DNA of 48,902 nt, from contig WFOD01000287.1 of assembly GCA_015488275.1 (NCBI GenBank), forward strand, positions 1 through 48,902, given 5' to 3'. How positions within the stretch are numbered: position 1 is the first letter of the stretch; each line of letters begins with the position of its first letter. A program made the translations under genes and the position numbers. Of the stretch, positions 27,563 to 38,317 are shown one piece after another. The notes under the pieces were generated by a model. That model was not told where the DNA came from. It did no database searches and was given only the letters and a program-made list of their open reading frames with translations. The DNA is from Deltaproteobacteria bacterium. Lineage in GTDB: Bacteria > Desulfobacterota > Desulfobulbia > Desulfobulbales > S012-135.

Positions 27563-28505
27563 GGCAGGTCCCTGGCGGCAGGGGATGGCCCTGGAGAAAG
27601 GCCGCCACGGGCATCCGGCGGCCGCCTTCCCGCTGGACTTCCCGGATGAGCAGTAATCGGCCATCGCCGGCCGCCACGGCCAGCCCCTGGCGACCGGCGC
27701 GCACCACCGTCCCTGGCGCGGTTCCGTTTGCCGTCTCTTCCAGGGGGCAGGGGGCGAACAGGCGCAACCGCTTGCCCGCCACAAAGGAATAGGCCGAAGG
27801 CCAGGGATCGAGTCCGCGGATCAAGCAGCCGATTTCAGCCGCTGGCCGTTGCCAGTCGATGTGGCCGTCCTCTTTTTTGAGCGGCGGGGCAAAGGTGGCC
27901 TGGGCGTCGTCCTGGGGAGTAGGGGAGAGGGTGCCGGCCCGCAGGCGGTCAAGGGCCTCCACCAGAAGTTGGCCGCCGAGTTTGGCCATTTTGACCGCCA
28001 AGGTTCCGGCCGTATCGTCCGGCTCGATGGGAAGCGAGCCAGGCAAAAGGATATCGCCGGTATCCAGCCCTTCATCCATTTGCATAATGGTGATGCCGGT
28101 CTCGGTTTCGCCGCGGATGATCGCCCACTGGATCGGGGCCGCGCCGCGATATTTGGGGAGAAGCGAGCCGTGAACGTTGATCGTGCCTAACGGCGGCAGA
28201 CGCAAGAGCGGGCCCGGCAGGATGCGGCCATAGGCGCAGACCACGATCAGATCCGGGGCAAAGGCGGCGATCTCCTGCTGGAAGGCGTCGGTCTTGATCG
28301 CTGTAGGCTGCAGCACCGGCAAGCCGGCCTCCAGGGCCACTTCCTTGACCGGCGGCGGCGCGGGTTTGCGGCCCCGGCCCCGGGGCCGGTCCGGCTGGGT
28401 GACCACTGCCACTACCTGCTCGCCGTGGTCGAGCATGGCGGTGAGGGACGGCACGGCAAAGGCCGGCGTGCCCATGAATACGATGCGGGGATATTCGAAA
28501 GACAT
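27555..28505 (-). CDS. fmt: Methionyl-tRNA formyltransferase
   Basis: IVFMGTPAFA, VTQPDRP.GRG, NVHGSLLP.YRGAAPIQ and MDEGLDTG. Confidence 0.97.
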   Translation of the reverse strand: MSFEYPRIVFMGTPAFAVPSLTAMLDHGEQVVAVVTQPDRPRGRGRKPAPPPVKEVALEAGLPVLQPTAIKTDAFQQEIAAFAPDLIVVCAYGRILPGPLLRLPPLGTINVHGSLLPKYRGAAPIQWAIIRGETETGITIMQMDEGLDTGDILLPGSLPIEPDDTAGTLAVKMAKLGGQLLVEALDRLRAGTLSPTPQDDAQATFAPPLKKEDGHIDWQRPAAEIGCLIRGLDPWPSAYSFVAGKRLRLFAPCPLEETANGTAPGTVVRAGRQGLAVAAGDGRLLLIREVQREGGRRMPVAAFLQGHPLPPGTCLA

Positions 28506-28517
28506 GGCTTGTTTCCC

Positions 28518-28681
28518 GTATCTGGTTGCAGGGGACCCCATACTGTGGCGTCATCGGCACCCTTGCGTAGCTCCAAGCACGCGGCGCGTGCTTCTTCCCT
28601 GCATCTGGGGCGCCCTGCAGCCAGATATCCGGTCCGCAGGTCCGCAGCCCCGGCATACGAAGGAGCGATCCCGTGACCAGT
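28518..28681. repeat. ~163-bp palindromic MITE/REP-like element, copy A (between def and fmt)
   Basis: Aligns end to end with 40012-40174. Internal inverted arms TATCTGGTTGCAGGG...CCCTGCAGCCAGATA. Confidence 0.8.
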
Positions 28682-28701
28682 CAGTTTTTTCCTGGTCACG
28701 G

Positions 28702-29226
28702 TCAGCGGCTGCCGGCCCGTTCTTGCTCCCGCAGGATTTTTTTGAGTTTTTTTTCATACATCGACCGTTTGAGGCGACTGATCCGGTCAATGTACAGAAT
28801 GCCGTCCAGGTGATCAACTTCGTGTTGCACCACGCGGGCGAACCATTCCTCGGCCACAAAGGAAAACGGCCGGCCCTCGAGATCCTGAGCCTCCACCCTG
28901 ATTTTAGCGGCCCGTTTCACCTTGGCCGAGTATTCGATCACGGAGAGGCATCCCTCGGTGTCGATGATTTCGCCTTCAGGATCGAGGATGCGGGGATTGA
29001 CGAGCACTTTGAGATCGCGGCCTTCTTCTTTTGGCGTAATATCGATGACCACCACCCGCAGGGAGACGCCGATCTGCGGCGCGGCCAGGCCCACGCCTGG
29101 CGCAGCGTACATGGTGTCGGCCATGTCCGCCACCAGGCGGGCAAGCTCAGGGCCAAATTCACGCACCGGCTGGGCCTTTTTGCGGAGCCGGGGGTCAGGA
29201 TATGTCAAGATCGCGCGCACGGTCAT
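28702..29226 (-). CDS. def: Peptide deformylase
   Basis: GVGLAAPQ, EGCLS and QHEVDHL motifs. Confidence 0.98.
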   Translation of the reverse strand: MTVRAILTYPDPRLRKKAQPVREFGPELARLVADMADTMYAAPGVGLAAPQIGVSLRVVVIDITPKEEGRDLKVLVNPRILDPEGEIIDTEGCLSVIEYSAKVKRAAKIRVEAQDLEGRPFSFVAEEWFARVVQHEVDHLDGILYIDRISRLKRSMYEKKLKKILREQERAGSR

Positions 29227-31448
29227 AACAGGTTTTCCGGATCGATATCCACGGCCAGGCGCACCCGCCGGGAACGGCAGGCGGCCGGCGGCCGGTGTTG
29301 GACGAGGCGGCAGGCGCGGTGCAGGGCCGCCACTGTACCGGCCTGCACCACGAGCTGCCAGCGGTAACGGCTCCGCAGGCGGGCGAGCGGCGCCGGGGCT
29401 GGGCCGAGCACCCGCACGCCGTCGAGTCCTTGCAGCTTTGCACAGACCTCCCGGGCCGCGCCAGCCGTTGCCCCTTCGTCCACGCCTTCGAACGCCAAGC
29501 AGGCCATGCGGGCAAAGGGCGGATAGCCGAGCGCTTTGCGGAACGCCGCCTCTTGGGAATAGAAACCGTTATAATCGTGTCGGCGGGCACATTCAAGGGC
29601 GTAGTGGTCGGGCCGAATGGTTTGCACTACTACCCGGCCTGGTTGCGCGCCCCTGCCTGCCCGTCCCATTACCTGGGCCAGAAGCTGGAATGTGCGCTCG
29701 CCGGCGCGAAAATCGGGTAAGCCCAGGCCCGCATCGGCCCAGACCACGCCTACCAGAGTAACGCCGGGAAAATGGTGCCCCTTGGTGATCATCTGGGTGC
29801 CGACCAGGATATCGATTTCGCCTTCCCGGACCCGTTGCAAAAGGGTGTGGAACTTGCGACGGTCGCGGCTGGTGTCGCGGTCGAGGCGGCCGATGGCGGC
29901 GGTGGGAAACCGGTGGCGCAGCTCTTCTTCCAACCGTTCGGTGCCAAAACCCACAGCGGCAAGACCGGTGCCGTTGCAGGCGGGGCAGAGCGTGGCCGCA
30001 GGCAGGAAGTAGCCGCAGTAGTGGCAGATCAGCCGGCCGGCGCCCTTGTGAAGCGTGAGGGAGACCTGGCAGTGCCGGCAGCTCACCACGGTGCCGCAGT
30101 CGCGGCACACCATGAAGTTGGCAAAGCCCCGCCGGTTGAGAAAGAGCAAGATCTGCTCGTTTCTTTTCAGGGTCGCGGCAATGGCGTCTTGCAAGCGGTG
30201 GCTGAACAGGGGCGGATCGCCATTGGCGGATCGCAGCTCCTGCCGCATGTCCACGATCTCCACCTCTGGCAGGGGGCGGTCTTCGATGCGGTGACGCATG
30301 ACGAGGAGGCGATACTTGCCCCGTTCCGCGTTGCGGAAACTCGCCAGGGAAGGGGTGGCGGTGCCGAGAAGCACCACTGCCCCTTCCCGGCTGCCCCGCA
30401 CCAAGGCTGCATCGCGGGCGTGGTAGCGCAGCCCGTCTTCTTGTTTGTAGGCTGGATCGTGCTCTTCGTCCACGATGATGAGCCGCAGGTTGGCCAGCGG
30501 CGCAAAGAGAGCGGAACGGGCGCCGATAACGATTGGCCGCTGGCCGGCGGCCACTAGCCGCCACTGGTCGTAGCGTTCGCCAGGCGGCAGACCGCTGTGC
30601 AGCAGGGCGACGCGGCCAGGAAACCGGGAGTGGAAATGGGCCTCGACCTGGCCGGCCAGGGCGATTTCGGGCACCAGCACGAGCACGCCGCCGCCTTGCG
30701 CCACCACCTGGGCCGCGGCCCGGAGATATACCTCGGTTTTGCCGCTTCCTGTGACGCCGTGCAGAAGAAAGGGCGCAAAGCCGCCCTGGCGCAAAGCGGT
30801 GGAGATCTGGGTCAGGACCTGTTGCTGTTCATCGGTCAGCGCAGGAGGGATCTCCTCTTTGTGCGGCGTCAGATCGAAAGGATCGCGCTGGATTTCGACC
30901 TCCTCGATCGTCACAAGCCCTGCTTCGGCCAAGGCGGGAAGGGCGCGCCGGGCCGAGGGATAGCGGCGGCAGAGTTCTGGCCGCGCCACCGGCCGTTGAT
31001 CGGCCGCCAACTCGCGCAATATCTCTATGGTGCGCTGGGCGCTGGGTTTGAGGGAGGCGGGAGGATCAGCGCCAGGGGAAAGGAGCAGGCGCACGCCGGC
31101 CACCCGCTTGACGCGCACCCGTTCCAGACCGCCGGGCAGGGCCTCGCGGATCACCTCGCCAATGGGATGGCAGTAGTAATCGGCAAGCCATTGGAAAAAT
31201 CCAAGCAAGGAGGGGGGAAAGAGCGGTTCTTCGTCGAGGATCGCGAGGACCTCCTTGAACTCTTTTGTCGGACAGTCCTCTGGCGGCCGGGCGAGCAGGT
31301 CGGTGCAGTAGCCGGTTACCTGCCGGTGGCCGAGGGGCACCCGGCAGCGCATGCCCACCGCTATCCGGCCGGCAAGCGGCCCTGGCACCAGATAGGTAAG
31401 GGGCTGGGAAAGTGGCGCGGGGACCGCTATCTGGGCGTAACGGCTCAC
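29223..31448 (-). CDS. priA: Primosomal protein N' (helicase)
   Basis: GVTGSGKTE, DEEH, four CxxC zinc motifs, GTQMITKG and Q..GRAGR. Confidence 0.97.
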   Translation of the reverse strand: MSRYAQIAVPAPLSQPLTYLVPGPLAGRIAVGMRCRVPLGHRQVTGYCTDLLARPPEDCPTKEFKEVLAILDEEPLFPPSLLGFFQWLADYYCHPIGEVIREALPGGLERVRVKRVAGVRLLLSPGADPPASLKPSAQRTIEILRELAADQRPVARPELCRRYPSARRALPALAEAGLVTIEEVEIQRDPFDLTPHKEEIPPALTDEQQQVLTQISTALRQGGFAPFLLHGVTGSGKTEVYLRAAAQVVAQGGGVLVLVPEIALAGQVEAHFHSRFPGRVALLHSGLPPGERYDQWRLVAAGQRPIVIGARSALFAPLANLRLIIVDEEHDPAYKQEDGLRYHARDAALVRGSREGAVVLLGTATPSLASFRNAERGKYRLLVMRHRIEDRPLPEVEIVDMRQELRSANGDPPLFSHRLQDAIAATLKRNEQILLFLNRRGFANFMVCRDCGTVVSCRHCQVSLTLHKGAGRLICHYCGYFLPAATLCPACNGTGLAAVGFGTERLEEELRHRFPTAAIGRLDRDTSRDRRKFHTLLQRVREGEIDILVGTQMITKGHHFPGVTLVGVVWADAGLGLPDFRAGERTFQLLAQVMGRAGRGAQPGRVVVQTIRPDHYALECARRHDYNGFYSQEAAFRKALGYPPFARMACLAFEGVDEGATAGAAREVCAKLQGLDGVRVLGPAPAPLARLRSRYRWQLVVQAGTVAALHRACRLVQHRPPAACRSRRVRLAVDIDPENLL

Positions 31449-32323
31449 ACCACCTCGGCTACTTCCTTGATATAGGCGCGAAACGCGTCTTTCAACTCTG
31501 GATGGCGCAAGGCGTAAGCGACCACGGCCTTGAGATAGCCGAGCTTGTCGCCTGCGTCGAACCGGGTGCCCTGGAATTCGTAGGCATACATCCCCCGCTT
31601 TTTGGCCAGGGCCTGGAGGGCGTCGGTGAGCTGGATTTCGCCGCCGTGGCCTGGTGTGGTGTGCTCGAGCAGGCCAAAGATTTCGGGCATGAGAAGGTAA
31701 CGGCCAATGATCGCCATGTCCGAATCCGTGGTGCCGGGCGCTGGCTTTTCCACCATCCGCTCCACGCGCAACACCCCGTCCCGCACTTGCTCGCCCTCCA
31801 CAATGCCGTATTGGTGCGTTTCCTCCATTGGCACCCGCTGCACGGCCACGATGGCCTCTCCCACATCTTCGTACAGATCGAGCATCTGACGGCAGCAGGG
31901 CGTGGTGGAGAGTACGAGGTCGTCACCGAGCAGAACGAGAAAGGGTTCGTTGCCCACCACATTGCGGGTGGTCCAGATGGCGTGTCCCAGGCCCAGCGGC
32001 TTTTTTTGGCGCACGGCAACGATGTCAATAAGCTCGGAGATGTGGCGGACTTCTTCGAGGAGCTTTTTTTTGTTTTTGCGGGAGAGAATGGTGTCCAGCT
32101 CAAAGTCGTAGTCAAAGTGGTTTTCTATGGCCTGTTTGCCTGCGCTGGTTACCAAGATAATTTCCTCGATGCCCGAGGCCACCACCTCCTCTACGATGTA
32201 CTGGATGGTGGGCCGGTCCACCACGGTGAGCATCTCTTTGGGAATCGCCTTGCTGGCCGGCAGAAAGCGGGTGCCCATACCGGCCACTGGGATCACGGCT
32301 TTACGAACTTTGGATGGCGCCAT
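31445..32323 (-). CDS. galU: UTP--glucose-1-phosphate uridylyltransferase
   Basis: KAVIPVAG.GTRFLPASKAIPKEML, GLGHA, VEKP and GEIQLTDAL. Confidence 0.97.
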   Translation of the reverse strand: MAPSKVRKAVIPVAGMGTRFLPASKAIPKEMLTVVDRPTIQYIVEEVVASGIEEIILVTSAGKQAIENHFDYDFELDTILSRKNKKKLLEEVRHISELIDIVAVRQKKPLGLGHAIWTTRNVVGNEPFLVLLGDDLVLSTTPCCRQMLDLYEDVGEAIVAVQRVPMEETHQYGIVEGEQVRDGVLRVERMVEKPAPGTTDSDMAIIGRYLLMPEIFGLLEHTTPGHGGEIQLTDALQALAKKRGMYAYEFQGTRFDAGDKLGYLKAVVAYALRHPELKDAFRAYIKEVAEVV

Positions 32324-32559
32324 TGCTCTGTTTCCTCCATGTTTTCCCTATCAGTCCGTGGAAAAGCCGTCTCTGGCTTTTTCAACTATCGGTTGGCCAA
32401 AACGAGTTTCGGCCAACCTCTCGAATTCCGCAGCCCTTTCAGAGCCACGGAATTCGGCGGCAGATCCATGTGCCGCGCGCAGCCCGTTTTTTTCAACGGG
32501 CTGCTATGCTACGATACGGTCAAATACAAATACCCCATCATACTCGCAGGCCGTTATCG

Positions 32560-33588
32560 ATGCACCCCCTTGAGAAAAAATTCCAAGCCGTTGTTCGTGA
32601 CAACAACCTGTTCCTTCCTGGAGACCGGGTGCTGGTGGGGTTTTCCGGCGGGCCGGACTCCACAGCGCTCCTCCTGTTGCTCGCCGGTTTACGGTCGGTT
32701 TTTTCGATAAGTCTTGCCGCCCTTTATGTCAACCACGGCTTGCGGCCTGCGGCGGCTACCGCGGCCGACGAAGAACACGTGCGCAACGTGTGCCGCGCCC
32801 TTGATGTGCGCCTTACGATCCGGCGCCTCGATGTGGCGCGGGTGGCGCGGGCGCGGCGCACCGGCATCGAGGATGCGGCGAGAGTCTGCCGCCACGCCGC
32901 CCTGCGCACCACGGCTCAACGGCTCGCCGCCAGCCGTATTGCCCTGGGCCATACGGCCGACGATCAGGCCGAGGAGTTGCTGTTGCGGCTCGTGCGCGGC
33001 GCGGGACGCGGGGGGCTTGCCGGTATGCGGTTTATCCGAGACGGTCTGGTGGTGCGCCCCCTGTTGTCGTTCCGCAAGCAGGAGCTACTGGCCTTTCTCC
33101 GCGATCGGGGCGTTGGTTTTTGTCACGACGAGAGCAACAACGATCTCTGCTTTGTCCGCAACCGTATCCGGCGGCGGCTCTTGCCCTTTTTGGCGGCAGA
33201 GTTCAATCCCAATATCACCACCACCCTTGTTCATACCGCTGATATCCTGCGGCAAGAAGATGAGCTGCTCGCCCGCTTGGCCGGTCAGGCGGCCCAGGAG
33301 ATCGTGCTCCGCCCGGCGGATCGGCCGGAAATCCGCCTGCGCCGCCGGCGGCTGCTGGCCACGCCCGTGGCCCTTGGCCGCCGCGTGCTGGAGCAAGTAC
33401 TTATTGAGCTTGGTTGCCCGCCGCGCTTTGAGCACGTGGAGGCTGTCCGCCGGCTCGCCTTGGCGCCGCCGGGCAAGCGTCTTCATCTGCCTCGCGGCCT
33501 GCGGGTCCGTGGTGAGCGGGATGTGCTCGTTTTGCTGTATCCCCAGGGGCGCCGCCGTGTGCGCGGCGACCTGGAGACGGTTTTCTGA
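32560..33588 (+). CDS. tilS: tRNA(Ile)-lysidine synthetase
   Basis: SGGPDS PP-loop, NHGLR, GHTADDQAE, RPLL, DESN and RNRIR. Start MHPLE at 32560. Confidence 0.95.
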   Translation: MHPLEKKFQAVVRDNNLFLPGDRVLVGFSGGPDSTALLLLLAGLRSVFSISLAALYVNHGLRPAAATAADEEHVRNVCRALDVRLTIRRLDVARVARARRTGIEDAARVCRHAALRTTAQRLAASRIALGHTADDQAEELLLRLVRGAGRGGLAGMRFIRDGLVVRPLLSFRKQELLAFLRDRGVGFCHDESNNDLCFVRNRIRRRLLPFLAAEFNPNITTTLVHTADILRQEDELLARLAGQAAQEIVLRPADRPEIRLRRRRLLATPVALGRRVLEQVLIELGCPPRFEHVEAVRRLALAPPGKRLHLPRGLRVRGERDVLVLLYPQGRRRVRGDLETVF

Positions 33589-33682
33589 GCCGCGTGCTGC
33601 GAGGTTTTCTCTTTACGTCATTGGCTTCCTGTGGTAAAAAGCTGGCTGTTGTCGAGCAGCCCGTTGAAAAGCGGGCTGATAA

Positions 33683-33759
<77 letters not shown>

Positions 33760-33768
33760 CGGAAGATC

Positions 33769-33802
33769 AAGGGGTTGTGTCACGCGGCACAACCCCCTTT
33801 TT
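33769..33802 (+). terminator. Terminator after tRNA-Arg
   Basis: GGGGTTGTG...CACAACCCC stem followed by a T run. Confidence 0.7.
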
Positions 33803-33832
33803 GTATATTGGTCACAGGGGTGCTCCTTCGGC

Positions 33833-34420
33833 TGTTAGCGGCAAATAGAGTTGTCCGTCTTAAAGCTTGCAAATTGTCTGGATCGATTCCTGTGAAGCCT
33901 CTTTGGTTCGAGCAGGGGAGGAAGAAGCGGCGTGCTTGGTGAAAGCTCTAGAGTTTTGTGCCGGTCGAGCAAACGTTCCCGAGCATTGTAGCATAGCGCG
34001 CCAGCAGCCTGGGACCGTGAAAGACCGCCAGGGCGCCGTCCGGATAGCGGTGCGCCCGGACCTTGACCTTCTGTAGCGCATGCGGTGCTCGCTCGTTCGG
34101 GGAGGTCTGGAGCCTCATCCGCTCGCATGAGACGCGGTTAGCGTTACCCACGCGCCGTTCATACTGCTCGTAGGGGAGGTCTGTAACATCCTGGTTGAGC
34201 AGCGGCACAAAGGCCCAGCCTGTTGCGCCGGTGGTTGGGTGGACTCCCGATTGAAGGCGGGATGTAGATCTCGTGGAGGTAGCGGTTGGCGCTTTCCAGC
34301 TCCTGCGTCAGCCGACCTCTGCGCTACTCCCCGTAAACTTCTTCGAATCGCGTATCATGCGGGTCTCCTGTAACCATTGTCTCCGGGTCTTTTGAGCCGC
34401 CTCCTGGCTACCCACTCAAC
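33833..34420 (-). pseudogene. Internally deleted ISNCY/IS1202-like transposase remnant
   Basis: Minus strand gives an N-terminal fragment WLQETRM..FEEVYGE*RRGRLTQE joined to C-terminal fragments (ANRYLHEIYIP; ERRVGNAN..; VRAHRYPDGALAVFHGPRLLARY). The end ...GGACAACTCTATTTGCCGCTAACA resembles an IS right end. Contains stops and frameshifts. Confidence 0.65.
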
Positions 34421-34599
34421 CAAGACTTGTCGGCTTCAAGATGCCATCAAAAATCTTGCAGCCAGCCCGCGCACAGTGTACACTGTCGGCCGTCCGCAGC
34501 CAGTGCGGCGCGGGCACCCATTACATAACAGCCCGTTGGGAAGCGGGCTGTGGTCGAAAAAAGCCTGGAACGGCTTTTTTGACGGACTGCTAGAGGCTT

Positions 34600-34675
34600 G
34601 GGGCTGTAGCTCAGCTGGGAGAGCGACGCGTTCGCAACGCGTAGGTCGGCGGTTCGATCCCGCTCAGCTCCACCA
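34600..34675 (+). tRNA. tRNA-Ala(CGC)
   Basis: GGGGCTGTAGCTCAGCTGGGAGAGCG ACGCG-TTCGCAA-CGCGT ...GGTTCGATCC...CTCCACCA; G3:U70 pair. Confidence 0.97.
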
Positions 34676-34851
34676 CTTCGATATGACAAGGGCGCTTTTT
34701 TGCGCCCTTTTTCTTTTTTTGCCGGCGGGTTGCGTGATACAATGAATACCGTTTTTCGGAGGTCGTTCTTGCAGGCCGGGACCGCGGAGGGGAGAGACGC
34801 GGTATGCCGGCGATGCAGTGACTGCGGTTCGTGAGAGAGGGGGGAAACGGT

Positions 34852-36405
34852 ATGCTCGAACGGTTCAGCCTGGGCAAACGGCTTGTGGTCCTAGTGGTCT
34901 TTTTCGGTGTGGTGCTGGTGTTGGGCATGGTGGCCGGATTCGCCATGATCCGCCATGTGCAGATCGGCGGCCGGCTGTACGCTGGGATCGATCTGGTGCA
35001 GCGCCAGACCGATCAACTCGCCCGGCTCCGCATGAATCTGAATTTTATTAACGGCATGTTGTACGCCATGCTGGCTGAATACGACGAAGATGATGACGAA
35101 ACCGTGCGCCGGGTCCTCGCCCGGGGCGAGGAGCTTCTGAGGGCCCTGGAGGCCCAGTTTCAGGGCAAGGAGGGAGAACGCTTTACCTGTCTCTCCTGCC
35201 ACGGGCCAGAGTACTACGAGGAGCCGCACGAGCTCAACACCTCAGCCCTGGAAGCGTGGCGGCAGATGCGCGCCGTGATCGTCGATACCCTCTTGCCATT
35301 GCTGGCCGAGGAGGAGAGTGAAGAGGCGCTGGGCGTGCTGGAGGGCGAGTACTCCGACTGGTATGTGGAGATCATGGTCGCCACCAAGGAAGAGGTAGAG
35401 CAGCTCCGGGATTCGCTCGCCACCGTGCAAGAGGCGGCGAACGCCACCATTGCCTCGGTGCAGCGCCTTTTTCTCTACAGCGGGGTGGGCGTTATCCTCC
35501 TGGCCAGTGTGTTCGTCTTTTTCTTTATCCGCTCCCTGGTCCGCGGGGTAAAGGCAGTGACCGCAGAGCTTGGCGACAGCGCCGATCAATTCCAGCAGAC
35601 CTCTGAAGCCGCCGCGCAAGCATCTCGCAACATCGCTGGCATGGCGGCGGATTTGGCCGCCGGCTTGGAGAAGACGGCCACCTCCTTGGGGCAGATCAAC
35701 GCAATGGTACAGCAGAACGAAGAGGGGACCGGCAAGGCGCGGGACACGGTGCGTCACAACGAGGCCATTGTCCAGCGGGCCAACAGCGCCATGCAGGACC
35801 TGCTGATGACAATGGAAAAGATCAAAAAGGACAGCGACCGGATCGCCACGATTATCCAGGATATCGAGGGGATCGCCTCTCAGACCAATCTATTGGCCTT
35901 GAATGCCGCGGTGGAGGCGGCCCGGGCCGGCGAGCACGGTCAGGGGTTTGCTGTGGTGGCCGACGAGGTGCGCAACCTGGCCCAGCGGACCGCTGGTTCG
36001 GCCCAGAACTCTTCCGCCCTGCTCGTCGCATCCCTGGCCAATGTGGACGAGGGGCTCGCACAGGTCGAGGTGGTGGCCAGAGAGTTGTCGGCCATCACTG
36101 AGAGCACGGGCGAGACCTGTCGGGTCCTTGAGGAGATCGCTACCGCATCGCATGAGCAGGCGGTCGGGGTGGAGCAGATCAGCGGAGCCATCCAGCAGAT
36201 GGAGGGCGGCACCAAATCGCTGACCGGACACTCCGATCTGCTCGCCAGCACTGCCGAAATTCTGCTGCAACATACTGGCGTGCTGCGGCGCAACATCGGC
36301 CATCTCGTCGCCCTGGTCCAGGGGCGCGGCGCGGCTGCTGGGACCTCTGCCGTAAACGCGAACGATACCGCCGCCGGGTCTCCTATCCCAGCCCCTGCCT
36401 CTTGA
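34852..36405 (+). CDS. Methyl-accepting chemotaxis protein with a periplasmic CxxCH motif
   Basis: Two TM helices; signalling hairpin [37 protein letters not shown]; CLSCH between the TMs. Confidence 0.92.
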   Translation: MLERFSLGKRLVVLVVFFGVVLVLGMVAGFAMIRHVQIGGRLYAGIDLVQRQTDQLARLRMNLNFINGMLYAMLAEYDEDDDETVRRVLARGEELLRALEAQFQGKEGERFTCLSCHGPEYYEEPHELNTSALEAWRQMRAVIVDTLLPLLAEEESEEALGVLEGEYSDWYVEIMVATKEEVEQLRDSLATVQEAANATIASVQRLFLYSGVGVILLASVFVFFFIRSLVRGVKAVTAELGDSADQFQQTSEAAAQASRNIAGMAADLAAGLEKTATSLGQINAMVQQNEEGTGKARDTVRHNEAIVQRANSAMQDLLMTMEKIKKDSDRIATIIQDIEGIASQTNLLALNAAVEAARAGEHGQGFAVVADEVRNLAQRTAGSAQNSSALLVASLANVDEGLAQVEVVARELSAITESTGETCRVLEEIATASHEQAVGVEQISGAIQQMEGGTKSLTGHSDLLASTAEILLQHTGVLRRNIGHLVALVQGRGAAAGTSAVNANDTAAGSPIPAPAS

Positions 36406-38260
36406 GGTGCACCTGGAGCACGGCGATAGCGGCCGGGGTCACACCTGAGATCCGCATGGCCTGGCCCAGGGATCTGGGCCGGACGCGGGAGAGCTTTTCC
36501 ACCACTTCGGCGGACAGGCCGGGCATGGCCGTGTAGTCGAGATCGTCGGGCAAGCGGCAGTCCTCCATCCGGCGGAAGCGGGCCACCTGTTCTTCCTGGC
36601 GGGCGATATAGCCCTGGTACTTGACCTGCACCTCGATCTCCCGCCGGGCCTCTGGGCTTGCGCCGAATCGCCGGCCAGCGAGCCGCTCCACGGTATCGAG
36701 ATCCACTCCCGGCCGCCGCAGGATGTCGGCCAGCGTGGCCGGTTGGCGCAAAGGGACCAGGCCGAGATCCTGGAGCCGCTGGTTGGTCTCCCGGTCCGGC
36801 CGTAGGGAGATGGCGGCGAGCGCTGCTGTGCCTTCCTCGATCTCCCGCCGTTTGGCGGTGAACCGCTCCCAGGTTGCGTCGTCCACCAGGCCGATCCGCC
36901 GGCCCAGATCCCGGAGCCGCAGGTCAGCGTTGTCTTCGCGCAAGAGCAAGCGGTACTCGGCCCGGGAGGTGAAAAGGCGATACGGCTCCTTGGTGCCACG
37001 GGTGACGAGATCGTCGATCAACACGCCGATATAGGCCTGCGAGCGGTCGATGACGATTGCCTCCTCGCCCCGGACCCGCCGGGCGGCGTTGACACCGGCC
37101 ACCAGACCCTGGGCCGCCGCCTCTTCATAACCCGAAGTGCCGTTGATCTGGCCGGCGAGAAACAGCCCGGCGAGGCGCTTGCTCTCCAAGGTGGGATAGA
37201 GCTCAAGGGGATCGACGTAATCGTACTCAATGGCGTAGCCCGGCCGGATGATCTCCACCCGCTCGAGACCAGGAATGCTCCGCAGCATGGCGCGTTGCAC
37301 GTCCAGCGGCAGGCTGGTGGACACGCCGTTGGGATAGACCTCCACCGTCTCCAACCCTTCGGGCTCCAAAAAGATCTGATGGCGTTCTTTGTCGGGAAAG
37401 CGCATCACCTTGTCTTCGATGGAGGGGCAGTACCGTGCGCCAATGCCGGTGATGACGCCGGCGTACATTGGCGAGCGGTTGGCCGCTTTGCGGATGATTT
37501 CGTGGGTCGCCGGCGTGGTGTAGGTGATGTGGCATGGCCGTTGGGGTAACTGCGGCCGGGGCGGACTGGAAAAGGAGAACACAGCCGGGGGATCGTCGCC
37601 CGGCTGGAGAGCAAGGCCCGCATAGTCAATGGTGGTGCCGTCCAGCCGCGGCGTGGTGCCCGTCTTCATTCTCCCCATCCGAAAGCCGATTTCCCGCAGG
37701 TGTTCGGGCAGTTGGAGGGAGGGGGCGTCGCCCATGCGGCCCGCGGGCCACGACTGCAGGCCAATGTGGATGCGGCCGTTGAGAAAGGTGCCGGTGGCGA
37801 TCACCACGGCCCGGGCGCCAATGGTCTCGCCCAAGGAGGTGCGCACCCCTACCACTTCCTGGCCGCGGAGTTCGAGCCGGTCCACCACCGCCTGCCGGAT
37901 GACGAGGTTGGCTTGGCGTTCGAGCACAGACTTCATCCGCAGGCGATAGCGCAGCCGGTCCGCTTGGGCGCGGGAGGACCAGACCGCCGGGCCCTTGCTC
38001 GTGTTGAGCCGGCGGAACTGGATGGCCGTGGCGTCGATGTTTTTGGCCATCTCGCCCCCCAGGGCGTCGATCTCGCGCACGAGATGGCCCTTGGCCAATC
38101 CCCCTACCGCTGGGTTGCACGACATGGCGCCGATGGTATCGGCGTTCATCACGCACGCCAGGGTGCGGCAACCAAGACGGGCCGCGGCCAAGGCCGCCTC
38201 GCAACCGGCGTGACCGGCGCCGATCACCACCACGTCGTAGGTCGTTGCATAACTGGTCAC
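36383..38260 (-). CDS. mnmG: tRNA uridine 5-carboxymethylaminomethyl modification enzyme MnmG/GidA
   Basis: [34 protein letters not shown] and [13 protein letters not shown]. Confidence 0.98.
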   Translation of the reverse strand: MTSYATTYDVVVIGAGHAGCEAALAAARLGCRTLACVMNADTIGAMSCNPAVGGLAKGHLVREIDALGGEMAKNIDATAIQFRRLNTSKGPAVWSSRAQADRLRYRLRMKSVLERQANLVIRQAVVDRLELRGQEVVGVRTSLGETIGARAVVIATGTFLNGRIHIGLQSWPAGRMGDAPSLQLPEHLREIGFRMGRMKTGTTPRLDGTTIDYAGLALQPGDDPPAVFSFSSPPRPQLPQRPCHITYTTPATHEIIRKAANRSPMYAGVITGIGARYCPSIEDKVMRFPDKERHQIFLEPEGLETVEVYPNGVSTSLPLDVQRAMLRSIPGLERVEIIRPGYAIEYDYVDPLELYPTLESKRLAGLFLAGQINGTSGYEEAAAQGLVAGVNAARRVRGEEAIVIDRSQAYIGVLIDDLVTRGTKEPYRLFTSRAEYRLLLREDNADLRLRDLGRRIGLVDDATWERFTAKRREIEEGTAALAAISLRPDRETNQRLQDLGLVPLRQPATLADILRRPGVDLDTVERLAGRRFGASPEARREIEVQVKYQGYIARQEEQVARFRRMEDCRLPDDLDYTAMPGLSAEVVEKLSRVRPRSLGQAMRISGVTPAAIAVLQVHLKRQGLG

Positions 38261-38317
38261 AGGATATCCCTCACATCTGCCGGCGTCGCGGCGTTTGCAG
38301 GCTGGGTATACGGGCTG

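Noticed and set aside
38251-38264. AACTGGTCACAGG at the mnmG start resembles the MITE terminus
   Set aside because: Only about 13 bp and within coding-start sequence; could be chance.
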